Shown one piece after another: positions 56,331 to 64,000 of a stretch of DNA of 64,000 bases. Location: the NCBI GenBank assembly GCA_964016885.1, contig OZ024745.1:69254001-69318000 (forward strand), read 5' to 3'. The stretch's first letter is position 1. Each line of letters starts with the position of its first letter. The position numbers and the translations under genes were made by a program. This stretch comes from Eledone cirrhosa (taxonomy: Eukaryota). Below the pieces are notes generated by a model. The model was not told where the DNA came from. It saw only the letters and a list, made by a program, of their open reading frames with translations, and did no database searches.

Positions 56331-57234
56331 AGCACTCTATTTACACTGTGAAATAATGGCTTCTGCTTTAGGCACATCTTTTTTTCATGTGGGTGTGGGT
56401 TGTCGATTAAATCGACCCCAGTGCGTTACTGGTACTTAAATCTATCAACCTATGAAGTAAAATGACGTAACAATATGCTACAAAGCAGGTTGTCTGATGG
56501 TCTATCGATACTGCCAATCCACCGCCATATTTACTATGTGAAATAATAATAAGTCGTTTAAAGTAGGTATACAATATTATACATTATAGATATTTCAAAC
56601 TATACTGTCATAATTATAATATTGAACGCTGTAGATACACAATATTGTTCCTCATATTTATACATTATTCTACACAGCGCATATAATATAATAAGCGAAC
56701 TAGATATTTTACATAGAATATACATATGGTTGTTACTTAGTTTTCACACAATATATATACGATAGTACGCCCGCCAGATACACAATATCATTTACTGAAG
56801 ATATATCATTCTCTCTGTAGAGCTACAATATTATATCATTAGAGATACAGTATTCTACACAATATATATTTCATGATAAATATTAAATATACAACCTTCT
56901 GCGCACGATGTATACAATTATGTAGGCGTGGAAATTAATATATTTCAACCAATAAATTCCTGAGAGAAATTAATATATTACTCTGAAGTCTATACATATG
57001 TGGCTTTGCGCCTAAGAAATTGTTATCCGTGCCTAAATGTATATCTCCGACTACTAAAATAAACATCTTCTATCATATTTTCCATCTGTAGCTTATCTTC
57101 TTCATTCAACGGATCAATCTCTCTATATCTTCTTACAGTTTCTACATATATAGAGGAATATGTAAAAGCATACATACAAACACACACATACACACGAACA
57201 AACACATACATGAACATATGTATGTATATACGTT

Positions 57235-57270
<36 letters not shown>

Positions 57271-57452
57271 CGTAGGTCCCGGGTTGAGTCGGGGATAACC
57301 ACAGTAAGTAAGGTACTCAAAAAATCCCCCCCCCAGCCACCACCCCTCCCTTGCCACTACCTAAATGTATAAATACCAGAACTTAATATGACACCCAGCT
57401 TCCTGAAGATTTCATCTGAATGAAACAGTACTAGTCCTGTAGAAGCTCCTTC

Positions 57453-57456
<4 letters not shown>
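57271..57456 (+). mobile_element. About 185-nt non-coding HHR-bearing unit between (TA)n arrays
   Basis: GC-richer island bounded by TA repeats, with an HHR at its 3' end. Confidence 0.6.
57397..57447 (+). ncRNA. Type I hammerhead ribozyme
   Basis: agcttc-CUGAAGA(57403-57409)-t ttc atct gaa t-GAAA-cag tactagtc ctg-UA-gaagct. Confidence 0.87.
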
Positions 57457-57523
<67 letters not shown>

Positions 57524-57684
57524 TACGCAGAAACACATATGTATACAAATATATTTACACACATACACATAAATATATCGACAGTCGATCGACTTTCGTC
57601 TCGTCGGGCCGTGGAAACAATGTTTCCATTGTTCTCTCCAACTTCTAATATTATCTATCGGTTGCAACTCCAGGTAGGAGAAAC

Positions 57685-57750
57685 AGTCCAGGAATCGAAC
57701 TCACAACTTCACAATTGCGAATCCAATTCTCTAACTAATCAGCCAGTCAT
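57685..57750 (-). mobile_element. tRNA-derived SINE head (different family)
   Basis: Minus strand tggctgattagttag...gagttcgattcc (A/B boxes); no cloverleaf. Confidence 0.5.
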
Positions 57751-58234
57751 TCGCCGTATTTTTTTTACTCAGGAAACTTTAGCCTGATAGTGGTGTTTAG
57801 AACCCTCTAAGACATGGAAAAACATGAGTCTGTACGTCAATACTCATCTCTTTCCATTTCTTTGAGGCTTCTAAACCCCACTATAGGCTAAAATTGCTTT
57901 AGTCAAAAGATACGACGAAATCTTCTATTGCTGATTTCGAACTCGCCATTTCAAAACATACTTGTATATATATGTAAAAACACAGGTACACTATATGCTT
58001 TCTCAATGCTTCGGTTGTCTTTTTTAACTTTCATCTGTTCTCCTCTCCCCTTCTATGAATATCCTATTTTCTCTCAATTCACGGTATTTCTTTCTTCTGA
58101 TGAAGGACTCACGTTTGAAATTTGAGACCCTCTACCAACTCTGTAAAGTGTCGTCGTAATATACCGTTATTGTAATGTGATGATCTCATTTTTATAATTT
58201 CACGCAGACAACCCCCCGCCCCATATATATAAAT

Positions 58235-58346
<112 letters not shown>

Positions 58347-58373
58347 CGTTTCTGAATTTGTTTAGCAAAGTAT

Positions 58374-58406
<33 letters not shown>

Positions 58407-58649
58407 ACATACATAATAATATATAATAATAATATATATGTATATACATATAATAATAATAATAATAATATATATATATAAATATATATATAGTATTAAG
58501 GATACTATTTATGGTTATGTATATACTAAATCTTGTTATAGTTATATATATTTTAAACCGTAAACAGTGAAAGACAGTAATTTATTACTACCTTATTACT
58601 AGTATGATAAATAGCTCAATGTAATAACATCAGTTGTTCTACAGAGCAG

Positions 58650-60606
58650 TTATATAGAATTCACAGGAATCAAAGCTATGTTCAAACCATTTATTAGCTT
58701 ACAATTGTTTCATCCAAACCGAGGTTTGACTTCTTCGGAGTATTTTTCAATGTTTGTATACATACATGACCTCCTTTCCAACTCAAGAGACATACAGATA
58801 CATATGTATATATAGATGCACAGTGGGGTGACATATATTATATTATTTCTGAATGGCAATTTAAATTCAAAAATTAAAATCATATTAAAACAGAATCAAA
58901 GCAAAATTAAAATTAAAATTAAAATACAACATCGGCAGTTAACGCAGATAATGCAAGAGGATAGTTTGTTAGTCAGTTGTAGTAGTTATTGTATGCATTA
59001 GTTACACGTGGGGCATGCACGTGTGTCTTATTTATATATGATTATTGTGCGGCAGGGTGTTATATGCAATACAAGCACTTATACAAGCGGGTATTCAAGA
59101 GTATTATGGAGGTTGTAGTGGTAAGGTATTTTTTGTGTATGATAAAGAAGCTTGTGTGCAGAGAAATAGTATAAATGAGAAGCAAAATAATGTTATGGTT
59201 TTTGTATACACCACCATTTTCACAATTCAGATGACGTAATATATAGTTTATATGTCCTTCACATAATTAACGATGATTCCGTATGTTTGATGTATTAAGT
59301 TAAATTATTATATCTTGTTGCGGCTCAGTGTTCTTTAATCCAATTTAATAGAGCAGGTTGTTTTTGTTGCGAGAATTTACATCATTTTATTATGCAGAAG
59401 TATGTGTGTGATTAAGGGGAGTTAATGCGTGAGGGGAGGTAACTAGCTGATTTCTATAACTAAATTTATTATTCCAACATACATTAAAAGGTGTCTCAAT
59501 TGAGTCCCTTATATATACCGTTATATTCAGTTTCCAAATTTAAGCATTCTATCTTTAATTACATTCTACTCTATCATGAAGTACTAAAGGTATCTATATT
59601 AGGATGATTACTCCCTATCATAGAGTGCTACAACTGAATATTCCATACGAAGAGTCAGATCTACATATCAAAGTTCTTTGTAAATGTAGTCTACTCACAG
59701 AACCTGTCAGGGGCCCTATTAGAACCACTTCTATATAACCTCTGGTAAGATCTGGGTCAGCGTATGGCTGATTGCATGGCAAAGTTAAATATCTCTAGGG
59801 TAGACCAAAAAACATTTCTCACTTACAATGTCATTAATCTATCTATCAAGTTATACATGTATGTATAACTCACATACCACTTGTACATAATTCATTGTAC
59901 TCAACATATAGGTTATACAGCTCTTTTATGTTAATAAATTAATCCTCTATTTATCTAATTATAGCACTCCATACATACAACAACATTTGCACCAATAATT
60001 CATTGCTGAATTCGGTGTTTAAAGTTTACATATACTTATATAGTGATATAATACAGTCTAAGTAATTGAAAGTAATTATACTAAAAGTAGGTGTACATGG
60101 GGGTATTTCTAGGGTAAAAGGTTTTAGATAGATGGCATGAATTGTGTTAAGATAGGGTGGATCATTCAGTGTGGAGTTGTGGTGTAAGGTGTGCCCCTGA
60201 GGTGTGTTGCTAAAATTGGTGATGGGTTCAAGCCTGACATTGATATATATTGGGTTTAAAGTTTTGGAAGGAGTGTCGAAAGCGGTGCTGGCATGACGCG
60301 AACACTTCCGATTTTTTATTAAGGAGGTTATGGTTTGAGAAGATAATAGTATGAGCCTCTAGTAGACAGAGGTTACAAAATTTATTAGGTGGTTTGTACG
60401 ATGTCGCCTTATCTATCACTTCCCATTTAAGTGTATAAGATCTATTTTTAGTTTTTAGATAGTGTATGAAGCTAGATAGTGAAGTGGAGTTGGCTAGACT
60501 GTATCTGGTTTTGAAGCAGTTTGAAGTAGAGCCTATATAGGTTTGGATGAAACAATTGGAAGCTAATAAATGGTTTGAACATAACTTTGATTGCTGTGAA
60601 TTATAT
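58650..60606 (-). mobile_element. 5'-truncated Penelope-like element: GIY-YIG C-terminus (60228-60540), long 3' UTR, HHR, and an inverted copy of its 3' end (60540-60606)
   Basis: Minus strand YIGSTSNCFKTRY..LSSFIHYLK..LKWEVIDKATSY..CNLCLLE..LLNKKSE..CQH; about 58655-58720 is the reverse complement of 60540-60606. Confidence 0.85.
58696..58742 (-). ncRNA. Degenerate hammerhead ribozyme at the PLE 3' end (CCGAAGA core)
   Basis: Minus strand act-CCGAAGA-agt caaacc tc ggtttg gat-GAAA-caattg-UA-agct-AATAAA. Confidence 0.65.
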
Positions 60607-60617
60607 AAATATATATA

Positions 60618-60714
<97 letters not shown>

Positions 60715-60859
60715 TTATATATATATATATATTATTCAATGGTATCCCGTTTAAAAGAACTGAAGGAAACCACTAGTAAATCACGGTATGTAATACGTAA
60801 TATAGATGAGGCACCTTATTTTATTGAATGAGAACTAGTTTTGTAAGAGTTACACTCAC

Positions 60860-60941
<82 letters not shown>

Positions 60942-61125
60942 CTGTTTGCATATATATTTGTGTGCGCACGTATGTCTGCATGAGTGTATGTATGAAACAA
61001 GCGTATTTTAAAACTAAGCTTATTAACTTTCATTCTGCTAAGTCTTGTGCTTATATATTTATTAATTAATTACTATGATTCTCATATTTATGTTTCTCTT
61101 TTTGCATTATATGCTACACGCACAC

Positions 61126-61232
<107 letters not shown>

Positions 61233-61233
61233 A

Positions 61234-61318
<85 letters not shown>

Positions 61319-61342
61319 AATATCTATATATATATTCATATA

Positions 61343-61433
<91 letters not shown>

Positions 61434-61567
61434 GTACATATATATACATAGATAAAGAGAGAGGGGGGCGTCAAACTTTACCAAATCAATATATTCTTCT
61501 ATCAGCATTATCTCAGAGAAGCTTTTAGAATTAAAACTTTGTAATGAAGTTCCTCTCAAAATTTGAA

Positions 61568-61643
<76 letters not shown>

Positions 61644-63031
61644 TTATATATATATATATACATTATATATATAATCGACAGATGTGCATCAACTCATACC
61701 ATATATCAATTATCAATTACCTAAGTAGATAACTGACACCATCCTCTTATGTATACCCTTCTACAACTCTTACCACAACTAAAGCCCATGATTGAAAACC
61801 ACAACACTTCAGACTTCTAGCTCTAAGTAGTTTATACGCAGTTGTTTTGCACCAATTTTGGCTCTCAACCCTGCTTACAACTGTGTGAGATAGTAACTCA
61901 CAATCACGAACTAGAAGGTGTTTATCGGCCACCTCAGTCCTACAATTCTCCTCTCCAGTATGTAGATGAGTATTTCTTGAATTACATGATCTCAAAGCTC
62001 TCTATCCATCTCCCGAATTAATTTCATTGTCGATTGGTTTCTTGCCAAAAGCGACTTTTCTAACTTAACAAAATCTGTCTTCTGTCTCTTGTGTATTTCT
62101 TTTGATAACTTAGATACGAAGTTGAGTTTCCACTAGGGCAAAGTCAACTTTCTTACTTTGGGCTTCCAATATTTGATATTGACGGGCGTCACATGCTCCT
62201 TTTTTAAATTGCAATCTTTACCTAACCGAGGCTTGTCTCCCTTGTATGACTTGGTGGCAAATGACTAAGCACAAAGAAGCTTGTGTTTACTACGTAACAT
62301 CAGTTAAAGATGCTGATGGTATTACTACCAGTTCTTCATGTTTATTCTCAACAAACGTCATCTGGATATTTTCCATTCAGGATATACCACCTCCATGTAC
62401 TCTCAGTCAACAAGGTGGCTGATCCTGACGGTGTCTTTTCTATTATTCTAGAACCATAGTTCCGAACTATCGATAACAGGACCTAAGAAAGAAGATTCTT
62501 TACGTTCATTGAAACTGCTCGAAATAACAATCATGCTACGTAAAATCACACTCTGTGAGGATCTTAAATCTTAAATCTGATAATAACATATCAAACCTGT
62601 ATCCATGTCTCCTAAAATGTATAACGAAAGTGATATAGTCAAGGGTCTGCTAGATAGGAATTGAGCTGCGGTAAATCGACTCTCATCCCAACAACCACAA
62701 CTAGCATCAACAATACTTTTAAACTTTCTCTCTCTACATGGATCAGTCTATAGTGTTTTTACTGTAAGGATTGTCCTTCTGGAGTGCTTTTTTGACATTA
62801 CTGACTGCAAGCGTATCTCCCTGATTTTTAGCATCTAAAGTAATGATAATAACAATTGTAAACAACATACTTTCCCACATTGACTTCCACATTTCAACAA
62901 TCCACATTACAGATGAACGTGAGTGGGATCTTGTTACCATACATTTATTCTTGGTCCATCCCGACGATCGTTACTTTATTTCCTTTATTACTCTCTCATG
63001 TTTAGGGCAGTACGTTCATTATCATAAAATG

Positions 63032-63102
<71 letters not shown>

Positions 63103-64000
63103 TCTCTCTCTTATCCTCTCTCTCTCTCTCTCTCTCTCTCACCCTCTCTCTCTCTCTCTCGCACACCATCTCTTTCTCTCACTCTCTGACCCTTCACTAT
63201 GTTAACTCTAGTCTAATCAAATGTCCACATCTTCTTTGTCCACACCTACATTTGTATGTGAATATCCTTTCGATGCTACTCCTAACCACACATTCCCGAT
63301 TGTATAGGGCACCAACCTTCACATCAAATTAGACCACAACATACAATTGTCAACCTCGGTGTCGCCATATTTGAATCAATTGATTATGGTCCTCTCCTTT
63401 ATATATGTCGGACATGACGATTGTGACCTGCACAAAAAGTGAGAGAATGTTAAATGGGAAAAAGGCCATTAAGTCCTGTATTGGACATTTAAAATCTGTG
63501 TCCGAACACAATCCATTTCTTCCAGAGAGTGAAAGTGGGAATATAATACTGTACTGAACTGATATTTTGCAAAGGATTCAAGCCGTTTCTTGAACTATGA
63601 AAGAAACTTCAGACATCCTAGCAGAAAAACATACCACTTAGCACGGGAACCATTATTGAACCCGAGCAATAACAGCACAGATGTCTCCATTATATGGATG
63701 ATACTGGAAAAATTTATCCCCTACTAGAAGCTATCTGAGAGCCGATCAGTTTAAAATATGAACGAAGACAATTCGTCGAACAATTCCGAAATTGCAATGG
63801 CAAAGAAACAAAAGTAATTCAAATCATTTATTTCAAGAAATTGTGTAAGTCCCAAGTTCTTGTTAAACAAATATAAAGTTATGAAAGGAAATATTGAATA
63901 TGAAATCCGAAATCAATTATGATTACTTTGTACGTATTTAGAATATGAAATTATGTTGAATTTCATATATTAAAATGTTCATTAATCAGATTAGTATGAA

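Noticed and set aside
58097-58130. CUGAUGA...GAAA
   Set aside because: Stem II is weak and there is no stem III, UH or stem I partner.
61740-63760. Possible decayed retroelement sequence, including a HYMDD peptide near 63690
   Set aside because: Multiple stops and no other RT motifs in order; cannot be classified by eye.

Overview
AT-rich, repeat-saturated animal genomic DNA with one 200-N assembly gap (3919-4118). The mix of (TA)n/(CA)n/(TAA)n microsatellites, Dong/R4-type LINEs, RTE and CR1 fragments, Penelope-like elements (PLEs) and tRNA-derived SINEs resembles a cephalopod (octopus-like) genome; that assignment is inference. No host protein-coding gene can be supported, and most short ORFs are microsatellite or antisense artefacts. 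Recognisable elements: three PLE fragments (RT and/or GIY-YIG), two families of (TAA)n-associated R4/Dong-type RLE LINEs including a head-to-tail array at 29.6-36.4 kb, a CR1-group LINE, RTE fragments, an internally deleted mariner and many SINEs. The main signal absent from the ORF track is about 12 type I hammerhead ribozyme (HHR) motifs folded by eye: 7 with intact cores and 5 degenerate. Most have palindromic stem/loop III, and they lie in PLE 3' ends or in small non-coding, retrozyme-like units embedded in (TA)n. Several units carry inverted terminal segments, and two of those inversions break at HHR loop II. Also noted: two halves of one LINE family that join at codon level but lie about 30.7 kb apart in opposite orientation, and a small repeat family whose terminal hairpin occurs in flipped orientations.
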